64,000 bases of DNA, taken from NCBI GenBank assembly GCA_000002445.1, contig CM000208.1, positions 1,984,001-2,048,000 of the forward strand, read 5' to 3'. The position numbers and the translations under genes were made by a program. Origin of the DNA: Trypanosoma brucei. Lineage: Eukaryota. The stretch's first letter is position 1; each line of letters opens with the position of its first letter. The notes under the pieces are model-generated. The model was not told where the DNA came from. It did not search any database and saw only the letters and a list, made by a program, of their open reading frames with translations. Below, piece by piece: positions 11,439-22,709 of this stretch.

Positions 11439-12515
11439 CTACGACGCAGACCACGTGAACGTGACATCCCCAACTACATCCTCGTGTGAGAGGCCAAACG
11501 TTTGTGGCTCCTCCAAATCAACGAAATGTTTTGCTCGTCGTAGCATACGCTGGCGAGAGGCAGGAAGCACTTTACTGCTATTTTCCATCGCAGTGAACTC
11601 GTTGAACGGAAGACAATTCAGGCTGATCAACTTTTTTTTAACGAGTTTGTCGCCACATGTTCTTGCGTGAAGACTCATCAGTCGTTTTGTAACCTCCTCG
11701 CCGCAACGCCTGCAACGGTAGAAGAAATCACAAGAAAATTCGTCGGGATCGTCGTCACGCGGCCGCTTACGCTGCCCACCATTGATTTTGTGGTGTAGTT
11801 CATCATAAGAGGAACAGCCCCAGTATGTTGAACCGTAGGTGCAGAACACCTCCTCGCCGGGATCTATGTCACGTGCGGCAACAACGAAAACACGTCCCGC
11901 TAGCATGTCGTACTCCTGCATCGCCGCGTTGGCAGCTTCTGGTCCATTGTCGTTGATGAAGGTTGCTAAAGATAAGTGCTCACCGTTCTCATCCACACCA
12001 TCAACAAAATACGCGGCGGTACGGAGTCGCACCACATAAATGCTTTGTTCGTGTTCTTTTGGAGGCCGGCGAAGAAGACGTCCAGTATACTCACACATCA
12101 CGGTGCCCTGCCTCAGGGCCCTGGAAGATCGCAGGAATAATCCAAGACCTGCACGCCTGCCAAGTATAGACTGACGCACTTCAAAGAAACGGTGCTCTGC
12201 CTCGCGAGGGATGTACTTTACGACCTTCCTTTCGCCGACGCGGAGCACCGTCATCCCAAGGTCTTGGTACTCCGGTGTTACAAGAATATTTCTCACCGCT
12301 GCGTTGGAACTATCCTTCAGAACGAATGCATCATCCCCCCAGCGCTCTAACACACCACTTTCCGTCATTTTAAGACACACCGCAGTCATGTTGTCTACCG
12401 ACACAACGCCATGCAATATATCAGCGAGCCGCCTAGCTGTCATGGCTATGCATGCCCGCTGGAGAATTTGCCTCACGATACGCTCCAAAACCTTGCATAT
12501 CATGCACTGTGGCAA
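11439..12515 (-). CDS. Divergent SET-domain protein
   Basis: GLGLFLRSSRALRQGTVMCEYTGRLL (SET N-region). FINDNGPEAANA replaces the usual NHSCxPN. EEVFCTYGSTYW is an ELxxxY-like motif. C-terminal Cys cluster (CRRCGEE...HARTCGD). Confidence 0.5.
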   Translation of the reverse strand: MPQCMICKVLERIVRQILQRACIAMTARRLADILHGVVSVDNMTAVCLKMTESGVLERWGDDAFVLKDSSNAAVRNILVTPEYQDLGMTVLRVGERKVVKYIPREAEHRFFEVRQSILGRRAGLGLFLRSSRALRQGTVMCEYTGRLLRRPPKEHEQSIYVVRLRTAAYFVDGVDENGEHLSLATFINDNGPEAANAAMQEYDMLAGRVFVVAARDIDPGEEVFCTYGSTYWGCSSYDELHHKINGGQRKRPRDDDPDEFSCDFFYRCRRCGEEVTKRLMSLHARTCGDKLVKKKLISLNCLPFNEFTAMENSSKVLPASRQRMLRRAKHFVDLEEPQTFGLSHEDVVGDVTFTWSAS

Positions 12516-13684
12516 CTAATCACGGGAGAAGCAGCTGGGTTCGTCCCTCACGTCCCCTAAGTTATTTGTCTCTATCTGTTACGATAAAGCGATGGTATGG
12601 GATATAAAATAAAAGTGACATGATAAAGAAAAAGTTTTCACTGAGGGGGGGGGGCGCGCCCCGTCTGCCGATGGTACTTTCCCTCCTCCAACAGAGTAAC
12701 TCACGCCACCGGATACACCGGGGGCCAGTGACAACCTTAGCAACACATGGAGACAACAATAATAACAGAAAAACAATACGTCTGCCACGGGTGGTTGCGC
12801 GGCAACGTACACGGCAGGTGCAGTCGCGCCCAGATGCACCCGCAACCATCCACGACCTCACGCAGGGCGAGGCTACGATGAAACAACTTTGCATCCACTG
12901 CTTTCGGGTAACCCTTGTGAAGCAGCAGGGATGCCTTCCCTTCAACATTCTAATCGTGTATGGGGAAATATTGCACCACCGAAAAAGAGGAAAAAAAAAG
13001 CCGAAGCAAAGGCAGGAGGAGAAGAGGGGAGTGGTGCCGCTTCACTGAGGAAGTACTACCATTTGCAATGACAGCGCTACCAGGCAGCGGAATAACATTG
13101 CCGGATGCTTGACGTTTGGAAGGGTGAGAGGATGTATAAAAACCCTAACGAAAGAGGCAGCACAGAAAAATAATATTAGAGAAAGTAATAATAACACCAT
13201 ATGAAGACGGAACAAACGGCAAGCATCCGCGTACATAAAACAACTTATCACACCATATATCCATACGGGTACATGAGGTGACGATAGGGTCCCGCACGTG
13301 CACCGCTGTCGGAGTGGGGAAGAGGAAAAAAAAACAAAGCAAAAACAGCGGTCGGATTGTCCACCTTCTCCATGCGACTTTTCATTACTTATATGACTTG
13401 CCGCCCCCAATCACCATCGACACCTCAGATAAGCTAATTTGTTTTCTTTTCAGCCATAGTTTCACCACCGTTCGCGACACAACCAGTTAAGGGGTAAAGA
13501 AAGGAAGAGCAACACGATGCATTCTGCAATCGTTAACATCACCGCCACAAGACCCGTGGCGCAACATTTCGTGCGATCATGCACAAGACTCATGTCATTC
13601 CTTCATATGCATACGCAGCCAAGACCGCTCTTCTTCTGGCTACCACGGCCACACTAATAACTTTGACATTGTTTTCGCCTCTAT

Positions 13685-14509
13685 TCAATTGGTTTTAGCA
13701 ACAGCTAACGACTCACCAGCAGTTCGCTCATTTTTGGCATCGTCACTGTCCAGCAACAGGAGGGGAATCATTCCAAGGAGTAACCCCGTCATAATGCCGA
13801 CCGTCCCACCAATGTGTCCGGCAAAGAATACACGCTTCCCTTTCATCTGGTTTTCTGTTAATGTGGGTACCCTGAAGTTAAACCTCTGCACAGCCTTCTC
13901 AATAACACCATGCAGCTGCATGCCCAAAACACCGGAGAATATGTTCCCCATTGCGGCACAGGTCAGCACGGAGCAATTAAAGTAAAGCCCGAATGAGTTA
14001 TCAATGGCGTCACCTGCGAGAATCATCATTGCGTTGTCGAGGAACCCAAACCCAACAAACGGCAGTCCCGCCACTAAAGCGACCCAAAGCAGTGTGCTGT
14101 ACGGTACTAACTCATCTGCCTCATCCATGGCTTGCTTCTGCAGGCGATCCGTCACCTCCTCATCCTCTTCTTCTTGCCTTCGCCGCAGCGCTCCCTCCAA
14201 CCAATGATCAAAGTCCTTCGGTGAAATAAACCGGTCCTTGTCCACACCAGCGCGCTTCATTTCCGTCACGGCGTTGTCCTTTCCAAACCACTCTATAGCG
14301 CCACCAGCGACAATGAGACGGCGCCTGCTTGCTGCATCGAGTCTACCAATAATGTCGCCGAGAATCTTCGGGTCACTCTCCAAAATATCGACGAGCCGCC
14401 GAAGTTCCTCTTGACTCAAGCGCGGCACTCCTTCCACAGAATGGAACCGTTGCGACCATCGTCTACTGTGAGAAATTCCCCCCGGAATACAACACTGTAT
14501 CCGTCTCAT
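13685..14509 (-). CDS. TMEM65-like multi-pass membrane protein
   Basis: Acidic coiled stretch followed by a glycine-rich TM region with GFGFLDNAMMILAGDAIDN, which recalls the TMEM65/DUF2453 signature. Start set at the internal Met because the upstream F/L/S-rich part looks like a translated pyrimidine tract. Confidence 0.45.
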   Translation of the reverse strand: MRRIQCCIPGGISHSRRWSQRFHSVEGVPRLSQEELRRLVDILESDPKILGDIIGRLDAASRRRLIVAGGAIEWFGKDNAVTEMKRAGVDKDRFISPKDFDHWLEGALRRRQEEEDEEVTDRLQKQAMDEADELVPYSTLLWVALVAGLPFVGFGFLDNAMMILAGDAIDNSFGLYFNCSVLTCAAMGNIFSGVLGMQLHGVIEKAVQRFNFRVPTLTENQMKGKRVFFAGHIGGTVGIMTGLLLGMIPLLLLDSDDAKNERTAGESLAVAKTN

Positions 14510-14983
14510 CCCTAGGCAAAGACCCTTTTGGCAACACAACAAACAGCAGCGACGGGAATCGTCGTCTCCGCTGAACAGTAAGAACAAAGCAACGATAAGA
14601 AAGTAGAGAAGCAAATAAAGGGCGGAGGAGAGGGAAAAGAGAAAGGAAGGCAGTGGAAAAAAGGTGTAACAAGTTGCTTCTGGCACCCTGATGAAAGGGA
14701 GCGTGCATATTTAACATACAAAAATATGATGCACATATATATATATATATGTACTTGCATAACTTACCCGGGCAGTTGTGGATACACATGTGTAAATTGG
14801 CACCGGCACCAATGTGAGAGATTCACACGGAGAACAGAGGGGTGCGACGAGGCCGAGAGCGCGTAAAGGACTCCAAGAAAGAATAAAACGAAAAGGACGG
14901 ACCAACAGACGGGTCAAATTGCATGTCGTACTGCCAACCCACAGAGGGAGAGCGTGATCAATACAGCGCCTCCACAGATTTCC

Positions 14984-15187
14984 CTATGATAGAGGGTGCC
15001 TGATTGATATGGGATGGCCCCATACTGCAACGCCAACCTCAATGCAGGCAGTTAACTGCTCAACTGCCGCTGCGCTCCCATCGGACTCGTACGTTTTCAG
15101 CAACTCATCAGAGAAAACATCAGAGAAATGCTGCATATAATCGTCTCTAGCCTTCTGCACAGCTGAGCTATCGACGGCTTCTGACAT
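14984..15187 (-). CDS. Small hypothetical protein (67 aa, acidic)
   Basis: ORF with protein-like composition (MSEAVDSSAVQKARDDYMQHFSDVF...) in the gene-array orientation. No recognisable domain. Confidence 0.2.
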   Translation of the reverse strand: MSEAVDSSAVQKARDDYMQHFSDVFSDELLKTYESDGSAAAVEQLTACIEVGVAVWGHPISIRHPLS

Positions 15188-15417
15188 GACCAGTGCCCTT
15201 TCGCAACACTTCATGCGGATATATATATATATATGAAGATAGGGGAAGCACAAAATAATACGCTTAGCGAAGTGGAAGGGTGCAGTTGCACAGCACAAAA
15301 CCACACACAGTATGAGGGAGGATGGAAAACATCAAGATACAACGACAGAAGAAATTTACGAGACGGCAGGGTCGCTCGGAGATGTCTGGTAGCGAGTGTG
15401 AGCTAGCTGGCCCGCAT

Positions 15418-18030
15418 CTAAACAACAACAACAACTCCTCGCACATTAACCTGCTCGGCAAGACGAACCTGCACAAAATTAAAAAACTTCGAGCGACTCT
15501 TTTTCACTGAGAAGCCGAGACGCATATGTTCAAGTTTCCTGTTGTGACTCTCCCGCTGCTGAAATAAATCAAACATTTCGCCAGCGTAGGAGGCCTTTAC
15601 ACGACGCGTGTGGCCCACCGTCACGTGAAGCGGAACCGCACAACCTGGGCTCAACTGTAGTTCCTGACGGCGACCATTCAACACCACCGTGGCACCGAGG
15701 CACAAGGCAAAGGGATCGATCAAGACGGAGTGAAGGGTAACGTCCACAGCACTTCCAATAGCTGGCACAGAAACCCACGTCGCAGCACTTGTAGGACCGT
15801 GAAACACTGTGACGTGGGGCAAAGCAGGTTGGCACTCGTACCGATCTTCAAGGGCACGAAACCACACACTTTCTGGTGGTGTTTCCCCCACTTCTCGCCC
15901 GTCAAGAAGCCAACCGCGAAGCCAATGGGTGTGCCCCTTCTCCACTACGCCGGGACGTCGTCTGTTGCCTAAGCCCAGACCACGTTTACACCTTTCCCAC
16001 CAGCTCAACTTCGGCAGATCCACTACCACTGTGATGCTCTTAACAACGTCTGATATAATCTCGTACAACTCGTCGAATTTCACCAACAACTGGACCGCCA
16101 CTGTGTTAACCGCCTTTTTACGACTCACTTCAAGACTTCGCGCAAGGGTCATACTGTCGTTATAATGATCTCCAAGAATCGATGTAGCGAATGTTGCACA
16201 GTGCTTTGTTAGCTCTCTCTCTGCTTGTTGATGATCATAGACAGTGGCACGATGGCGACAGCTCGGAGCAGGCCCATTTGTTTCCTCGTAGAGGAGTAAT
16301 ACCGAGCGGGCGAGGTCCTCAGTCGAGGCTGCTGCAGCATCTAAACAAAAACAAGGCTCACTTTCCAGTGGGGCAACAAACTCCTTTCCCACAGCATAAA
16401 GGGCAGCCTGAGCTTCCTCGGCACCTCGCAGTACGGAGTGGTTTCGTCTTCCAGCAATACGAGACGCTAGGATGTTCCGCTCAGCGCATGCCAAGTAAAC
16501 TATGCGGAAGCTAGCCAACTCTCTGGGAAGCATATAGCGCCACCGCTGCCGTGTGCTCGGCTTGGCGTTGCACGCGTCGAAGATCAGAAGACCCGGTCCC
16601 TCAAGTAGAAATGACAACAAAATTGACTGCCTGAACGCACGTTGCACAAACTGGTGCACCATTGAGCGCAACCTTCGCTTCTTGTGCTTACTCGAAGAGT
16701 CATTGATGCCATGGTGCTCCGCCACGCACTTCGCAACTTCATCCCGACTCAGGTGCAGAATGTAACGAAAAGTAGAACACCCGTTCCCTCCCATTTCCCC
16801 AATTAGCCTTGCGAGTGTGGTTTTTCCCACACCAGGAAGACCACACAAAAAAATGACATCGAGCGGCGCATACGATATAGTCTGGGCCTCTTTTTCGGTG
16901 AACCCGAGGAGTCCCTTATAGGCCTCTTGGACACTCAAGTGGCTACCGCGATAACGCTTATTACCTTGATCATTGATATACGACTCAAATTCGCTGTATA
17001 TCTGGTGTACGCCACGATTTGTTACAGCCTGCTGCAAACATGTGTAGCCGGAGATATGTTCTGTCCATGAGCCGAGAATTTTATGGAAGAGCAACGGGTG
17101 CGCAGCAGATTCGCCGGACACAATAGACCGAAGTGAGCGCAGCACACGGTACTTCACCGTCTTTGCCTTCAAGCGGATCAACAAAGCCGTAAAGGGTGAA
17201 ATCGACTGACTTTCCGGGGAAACACGCTGCACAGTGTCTTCAATGACCACCACATATCCCTCTGCTAGCGCCTCACCAGCGGGATCTTTCCCTTCCCAAT
17301 GCTGCCTCTCTCCTAGCCAAGTGATTAACTCCTCACAATTCTTAACGCGCCAACAAGGAACCGATGGAAACCCCCACTCCTTTGCCATCTTCTGCATGAT
17401 ATCCGGGGGAACACTCACCTCCCGCATATCATCCCGCTTGTGAATGGAGAAAACGACCAGTTTGTTGTCAAACACGGTCCGCTCTGGCACCGGATGGTGC
17501 GAGTCGTCCTTGAGTGAAATGCACTCGCAGCTCACAGCAGCTCTCAACTCGAACAAATCACGCGCCAGCCGTCTACGCTGCTCGGTACTCAACATGGACT
17601 CCAGAATGTGATACGCAATATCGACGTGCGGACCCTCCACAACGTGCTTCGTGACAACGCCAAGCGACTTGCCATCAAGAGAAAACAATGTTACAACAAA
17701 TCCGGCTAGTTTTCTCTGCAACCATATGCCCTGCAGCTTCGCTACATCGCCTTTCCACATCAGGAGATCCCGCTCGACATCCTCGATGTCAAAAAACTTG
17801 TTAACGCCACGCACAACAATTTCGCTGGTATCAGCGCTAAGAAGAAGAGTACGTGCTGCGATGGGCAGGCTTTCTACATCCCCCTGATGAGATTCCTTCA
17901 CAACTAATGAGTTGAATGCGCCAGTGGCGATGAAATGTGCCTTTCCGCTATGAGCGCATTCAACAATGTCTTCCACGTTTGCGCCGTTCCATTCCCTCTT
18001 GAAAAGACACCTTTCAACAAGAACCTCCAT
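15418..18030 (-). CDS. tRNA ligase, Trl1-type (ligase / polynucleotide kinase / 2H cyclic phosphodiesterase)
   Basis: N-terminal nucleotidyltransferase-like region with EGYVVV (motif IV-like). Central P-loop FLCGLPGVGKTTLARL. Two C-terminal H-x-T-x motifs (HVTVFHG, HVTVGHT) typical of 2H phosphoesterases. Confidence 0.6.
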   Translation of the reverse strand: MEVLVERCLFKREWNGANVEDIVECAHSGKAHFIATGAFNSLVVKESHQGDVESLPIAARTLLLSADTSEIVVRGVNKFFDIEDVERDLLMWKGDVAKLQGIWLQRKLAGFVVTLFSLDGKSLGVVTKHVVEGPHVDIAYHILESMLSTEQRRRLARDLFELRAAVSCECISLKDDSHHPVPERTVFDNKLVVFSIHKRDDMREVSVPPDIMQKMAKEWGFPSVPCWRVKNCEELITWLGERQHWEGKDPAGEALAEGYVVVIEDTVQRVSPESQSISPFTALLIRLKAKTVKYRVLRSLRSIVSGESAAHPLLFHKILGSWTEHISGYTCLQQAVTNRGVHQIYSEFESYINDQGNKRYRGSHLSVQEAYKGLLGFTEKEAQTISYAPLDVIFLCGLPGVGKTTLARLIGEMGGNGCSTFRYILHLSRDEVAKCVAEHHGINDSSSKHKKRRLRSMVHQFVQRAFRQSILLSFLLEGPGLLIFDACNAKPSTRQRWRYMLPRELASFRIVYLACAERNILASRIAGRRNHSVLRGAEEAQAALYAVGKEFVAPLESEPCFCLDAAAASTEDLARSVLLLYEETNGPAPSCRHRATVYDHQQAERELTKHCATFATSILGDHYNDSMTLARSLEVSRKKAVNTVAVQLLVKFDELYEIISDVVKSITVVVDLPKLSWWERCKRGLGLGNRRRPGVVEKGHTHWLRGWLLDGREVGETPPESVWFRALEDRYECQPALPHVTVFHGPTSAATWVSVPAIGSAVDVTLHSVLIDPFALCLGATVVLNGRRQELQLSPGCAVPLHVTVGHTRRVKASYAGEMFDLFQQRESHNRKLEHMRLGFSVKKSRSKFFNFVQVRLAEQVNVRGVVVVV

Positions 18031-18224
18031 CCACTACGGAAGGAGGGAAAAAAAAAGAAGCTCGTAGCCAGACAGAGCGGTGCACGGCACAGGGAAACAA
18101 GTGGGTTAAAAAAGGTAAATACTGGTGTACCACTGGCGTCAGGCTGATCTGTCTTCTACTGTGCAAAAAATTTTCCAGGCATCCCCACTTTATCTCCAGC
18201 AGATGACCAATCCTCTTCCTTTCT

Positions 18225-19454
18225 CTATGGTTGCGTCCCAGCAGGGCAATCTTCTTCAGCTGCAGGCGGCGGAGGAGCAACCGTCGGGGCTGGTCCTCGT
18301 TTCCCTTTCCTTCGGCTGCAGTGATGCTTCCTTCGAGAACGCAGCTTTGCGTTCACACCTTTTACAGTTGTTTCTAACTCATCACCAAGAATATCCCTCA
18401 GATAAGGATACGAGTCATCCTCAGCTCCCATACAAAGAAGGAGAACCACGCTGTCTACGTGACCGGCGATGGCAGCATACTGAAGGGGAGTGGCCTTCTG
18501 ACCGAGGCCAAGGACAAACTTTTCCGATAGCCTCTTTAAGCCATAGTGGCGCCGGTTGTACACCACAAATCCTCTCGCACTGACAGCACTGCCATCCAGC
18601 TCTATAAAAGCGTGTAGATCTTTCACACTACCAGCGTAGGCAATTGTCCATATGTTTTTCAGAGAAAACGTGTCGCACTCAAGTGGTCCGGCGTCCTGTG
18701 GTGCAACGGCACTAAACCGAGCAGCAGCATCGAATGACGAGGAGGGCGGCCGCATACGGGAGTCTAACCTCAAAATGGCACTGGCGAGTCGAAGTTGGTG
18801 TGACATATACTTAGCTGTATTACGAGGTGCAACAGAGATTAGCTTCTCATTGCTCCGTTTTAGAACCTTCACAGCCCCTGGCGGCACATCCACGCGGTTG
18901 TACCGAGCACCACCGAACACAACATATGAGGGGAGCGACTTTCTGCATGCGGCCAGTGTGTCCCCGTCTGTGACAACCCCACCTAAAGCGGGAGAGATTT
19001 GTTCAGCCCCACCAACCACGGCGGCCGCCTGCTCTCCGCTCTGCCCTTCACTACCGCCTAGGGCAGCTACCGGCAAAATGGCAGCTTTCGCCGCCACATT
19101 AACGCCACCACACCCTTCAAGTGAAACAGTGAGGGGCTCACTACTCCTGCCTGGACTCAGAGTCGGAGGCAGTTCCGCCGTCAACCTGCTCTCATTTGCC
19201 ACTGCGGGCAGGGTTGAAAGGGGAAGAGGAGGGGTTGATAACAGTGGCATCAACAGATTAGCATCTACGGAGGACAGTGGCTGCTGCAGCGCGCTAATCT
19301 GTGGAATGGGTACTGCCTTTGGTACAGACAGCGAAACCGGCTGCGGCGCAGGCACGGCGAGTACTGGGGGCTGCGGGGTCACCCCTATTGGGTTGTTAAG
19401 AGGAATCGGGGGTGGCGCAGCGGTGGGAGCAGGCGAACCAAACCAACCACTCAT
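18225..19454 (-). CDS. Proline-rich protein with C-terminal ankyrin repeats
   Basis: ATPLQYAAIAGHVDSVVLLLCMGA ankyrin consensus. Long P/A/S-rich N-terminal half. Start trimmed to MSGWFG because the upstream extension is a translated poly-pyrimidine tract. Confidence 0.45.
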   Translation of the reverse strand: MSGWFGSPAPTAAPPPIPLNNPIGVTPQPPVLAVPAPQPVSLSVPKAVPIPQISALQQPLSSVDANLLMPLLSTPPLPLSTLPAVANESRLTAELPPTLSPGRSSEPLTVSLEGCGGVNVAAKAAILPVAALGGSEGQSGEQAAAVVGGAEQISPALGGVVTDGDTLAACRKSLPSYVVFGGARYNRVDVPPGAVKVLKRSNEKLISVAPRNTAKYMSHQLRLASAILRLDSRMRPPSSSFDAAARFSAVAPQDAGPLECDTFSLKNIWTIAYAGSVKDLHAFIELDGSAVSARGFVVYNRRHYGLKRLSEKFVLGLGQKATPLQYAAIAGHVDSVVLLLCMGAEDDSYPYLRDILGDELETTVKGVNAKLRSRRKHHCSRRKGKRGPAPTVAPPPPAAEEDCPAGTQP

Positions 19455-19747
19455 TCCTCCTATATATGAACGGCCGACCCGATGAGTGTAAGAAGCATAT
19501 AGAGGAGAAGGCAAACAAGTATGGGCGACCACAAGCATGCAAAAAAAAAAAAAACAGCAACTGCAACACATCATGTAATGAACATAGTAAAGCAAAGTAA
19601 TAATGATAATAGTAATCAGAGATGAAACCGTGGGCACGATTATCAATCCACACAAGTGTATAACCATATTTATACGAATATATGTATTTGTGCGTGACCA
19701 ATCCCACACGGCGTGACGAGAGGGTACGTGTGCCGGAGAGAACAAGG

Positions 19748-20233
19748 TTATTTTTTTCGCCCAAGCGATACAACATGATCGTATTCACTCTTCTCGACGG
19801 GCTGCACACTCAACCTTGACTGCGAAAATAGCTGCATCGCCTGCAGCTTTTTCTCCTTCTTTAGTTCCTCGAGGGAAACAATTGAAGCAAACTTTTCCTC
19901 AAATTGCACATCGACCATTTCCCACGGGTTCTTCTTGCTTGCTCTTGCATCGTAATATTCTGATTTCGGGTCCAACGCCGTGTGGTCGGGGTATGCAGTC
20001 TTTACAACGGAGGCAAGTCCCACTACACCAGAGGGCTTCGCGTTACTGTGGTAGAACAGTACACAATCTCCAACCTTCATCAACTTCATGTTGTTCCGAG
20101 CAGCATAATTCCGAACCCCGTCCCACGGGGAGCGGGTGCATTTCTTCAGGTCGTCAATCGAAAACTTATTAGGCTCGGACTTCATCAGCCAGTACTGCAC
20201 CCCGGCCGGAGACCGCGGCCTTTTACGATTCAT
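19748..20233 (-). CDS. EVE (PUA-like) domain protein, THYN1 homologue
   Basis: YWLMKSEPNKFSIDDL...WDGVRNYAARNNMKLMKVGDCVLFYHSN matches the THYN1/EVE domain consensus. Confidence 0.6.
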   Translation of the reverse strand: MNRKRPRSPAGVQYWLMKSEPNKFSIDDLKKCTRSPWDGVRNYAARNNMKLMKVGDCVLFYHSNAKPSGVVGLASVVKTAYPDHTALDPKSEYYDARASKKNPWEMVDVQFEEKFASIVSLEELKKEKKLQAMQLFSQSRLSVQPVEKSEYDHVVSLGRKK

Positions 20234-20902
20234 CTCCACGCGGCTAAGCCGCCTAAGAGAACTAAAAAATACGATAACCACAAGCAACAAAGATGAGTGA
20301 AATTGCAAAAAGGGAAATATAGGCCACGGCAAGAATGGAGAATTACGCTGGGTAAATTATTTAGAGAAGGGAACGTAATTGGTATTAACGAGGCTAAAGG
20401 AGAAACAGAAACCGACACAATACACGCACAATCACGCACATACGCCGCGCGGAGGCGGAGTTGACAGATGGCGCTGCCCCGGTTTTTGCGACAGACTTAC
20501 AGTGGTGCCTCCCCTGCCACTACAACCACACAAGCGACACCTTCCTCCATTTTCCCTAGAAGTGCACAATAATAAAAACGAGCTAAACTACCCACCACCC
20601 CGCCGAAGGGATCTTTTTTATTTTTTTTTCTGGGCGTCTCCCTTTTCAGTGTTCATTTTTGCCTCCATGTCGGTTCCCAGATCGAGAAAGTGAAAAACCC
20701 CTCGACAACGTGAAAGGAAGATCTACCCGATGAGAAAAATAAGAAAGTGGAGGCCAATAGGCAGTAGAAAGCGTGAAAACTTGACCCTCCACCATCCACT
20801 ACCCCGCCACATTTCGCTTCAGCAGCGGTTCATATGAAGTAAACTGGCAGAAGCAAACAAGCAAAAAGAGTGAATATAAGAACTTCACTGTATCCCCGCC
20901 CG

Positions 20903-21808
20903 TCAGTTTTCCACCCTCGCCTCTTCGTTGAATTGTACCTCATCTGAGCCTTCGTCGAATTCTACAGGACTAAGTAAGGCGAAAGAAGAAAAGCCAGCGC
21001 GTTCGTTCTGCGGCACGCGCTCGAGGCGTGGCTCTTTCCTTGGTGGCTCCTGTGGAACGTTTTGCTCTTCTCTGAAGTGAACGTCATCATCTGTTTCCAG
21101 AATGCTTCGTGTAGGGAACTTCGCTTTCTCCGGACGCCGTGAGGAAGAAGCAGGCGGTTGTGCACGTTGGGCACTCGCTGCCTTTTCGGACCGGCCACCG
21201 TGAGTGCCTCCTCTTGCTTTGGCCGATAAGCGGCGTAATTCCATTATGAGGCGGCGGCGCGTTGCACACTTCAGTTCAGCGGGTCTGATCTGCTGGTGTT
21301 TGGGTGTTTCACCCCTTTTGCATCCCTCGTAACGGCATATTATCTCCCATAGTTGTCGACCGTGAGACTTACTTGCACTTCCACCAAGCCTCAACACCTC
21401 ACGTGGATCAGGTGGGTCGAGGGAGAGCTCCGTGACGAAAAGGTCCTCCATTGCAATTTCAATTCGGCGTGCCAAGGTGGAGAAGGGTGATTCCTCTCTA
21501 TTATAGTCGTAGCAATTTTGAACGACGAGACGCATGTCATTGATAAATGCAGATGGGGATGTGTACTCATATCTTGTGAGGCGAGCCTTAATGAGGTCCC
21601 ACCACATTGGGTGCGAAATAATCATCCGGTAGTCCGGTAGCTTGGAGGGGTCGCGGGCAAATATCCCGTCCCTGTCTAGATCCATTACCACATGTAGGAT
21701 ACTTCGGCACTGCTTATAAAAGCTTGTGTCAAGGTAGTGGTGCACTTCCAAATATTTACGCCTCACGCGAGTCCATAGCAGCTTCACTCTTCTAGTAGTA
21801 TCGGACAT
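20903..21808 (-). CDS. Bromodomain-containing factor
   Basis: FARDPSKLPDYRMIISHPMWWDLIKARL...YTSPSAFINDMRLVVQNCYDYN fits the bromodomain ZA-loop/BC-loop pattern (PDY...I..PMDL...Y.....F..D..L...N...YN). Confidence 0.55.
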   Translation of the reverse strand: MSDTTRRVKLLWTRVRRKYLEVHHYLDTSFYKQCRSILHVVMDLDRDGIFARDPSKLPDYRMIISHPMWWDLIKARLTRYEYTSPSAFINDMRLVVQNCYDYNREESPFSTLARRIEIAMEDLFVTELSLDPPDPREVLRLGGSASKSHGRQLWEIICRYEGCKRGETPKHQQIRPAELKCATRRRLIMELRRLSAKARGGTHGGRSEKAASAQRAQPPASSSRRPEKAKFPTRSILETDDDVHFREEQNVPQEPPRKEPRLERVPQNERAGFSSFALLSPVEFDEGSDEVQFNEEARVEN

Positions 21809-22107
21809 CGTTATTCACGCCACCACCCGCAAGACATGAGCAGCAGCGGCAACCCAAGCAATTCTGCGTAACGAAAAGCACCTGGAAGATAAATAACAGA
21901 TATGGGGGGAAGAGCGACATTATATGATGAAATACCTCTCAAACTCTTCTTCGCACCAACTGGCCGGGAATTGATCTTCCACTGCCCGCGCACACTTCTG
22001 CATGTCAACGGAGGTGGGGATAAAAGAACAGGAGAAGGGGAGAAACGACAACGACCAATCTTTCGCTTTACCTTCCCGCGAGACCGTGCTCATGTGATTC
22101 CAGCGCA

Positions 22108-22482
22108 CTACAGGCTGATGTACAAGAAGAATGCAAACAGCAATATAGAGAGAGGTACTAGAACTGCTCTCGCCCACGCTCTCAACCAAGTACGCGACTC
22201 CCCGTCGTCCACTAGCTTTGGTCTCAAACCAGATCCAGGTTGCCAATGGTTTGGGTAAAGATACTGTTCAGCGTACCACACATTACCGTCGACTTGATGA
22301 CCCTTTTCACAACTGATATCACAATATCCCAAACGCTCGCCTACAAAACGCCGGGTGCTTTCAAGGGCGGCGGAGACTCGTAACCGCCACGGCCCATTGC
22401 TACGTGCCTTCTCCGCAACTAGGACGGGCATTTTATCCCACAACCACGTTAAACTATGCACGGAAGACCCGCTCCCCCGCAT
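22108..22482 (-). CDS. Hypothetical small protein with C-terminal hydrophobic segment
   Basis: ORF only. Lies between two confident genes in array orientation. No motif. Confidence 0.15.
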   Translation of the reverse strand: MRGSGSSVHSLTWLWDKMPVLVAEKARSNGPWRLRVSAALESTRRFVGERLGYCDISCEKGHQVDGNVWYAEQYLYPNHWQPGSGLRPKLVDDGESRTWLRAWARAVLVPLSILLFAFFLYISL

Positions 22483-22709
22483 TGTTTCAAGTAAAATAGA
22501 AGAACATAAAGGATAGAAAAGGATGGTTAGTGCAAATTCGACCCGGCGATAAAACAGGAACTCATGTCCTTGAGTGCCTTCCTATGTAGAGATTCGATGG
22601 TAGTGCGAAGAATAAAGGGAACGCCTCATCTTCTGTGCAGTTTTAGTCAATTAATATTCGCTGTCGACGCAGACAGGTCAACGCAGTGAAATAATCTATC
22701 ACCGTACAC

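Noticed and set aside
18652-19485. 277-aa plus-strand ORF
   Set aside because: Lies antisense to, and fully inside, the P/A-rich region of the minus-strand ankyrin protein. Its G/A/S/P-rich composition is a mirror of the sense strand, and every neighbouring gene is on the minus strand.
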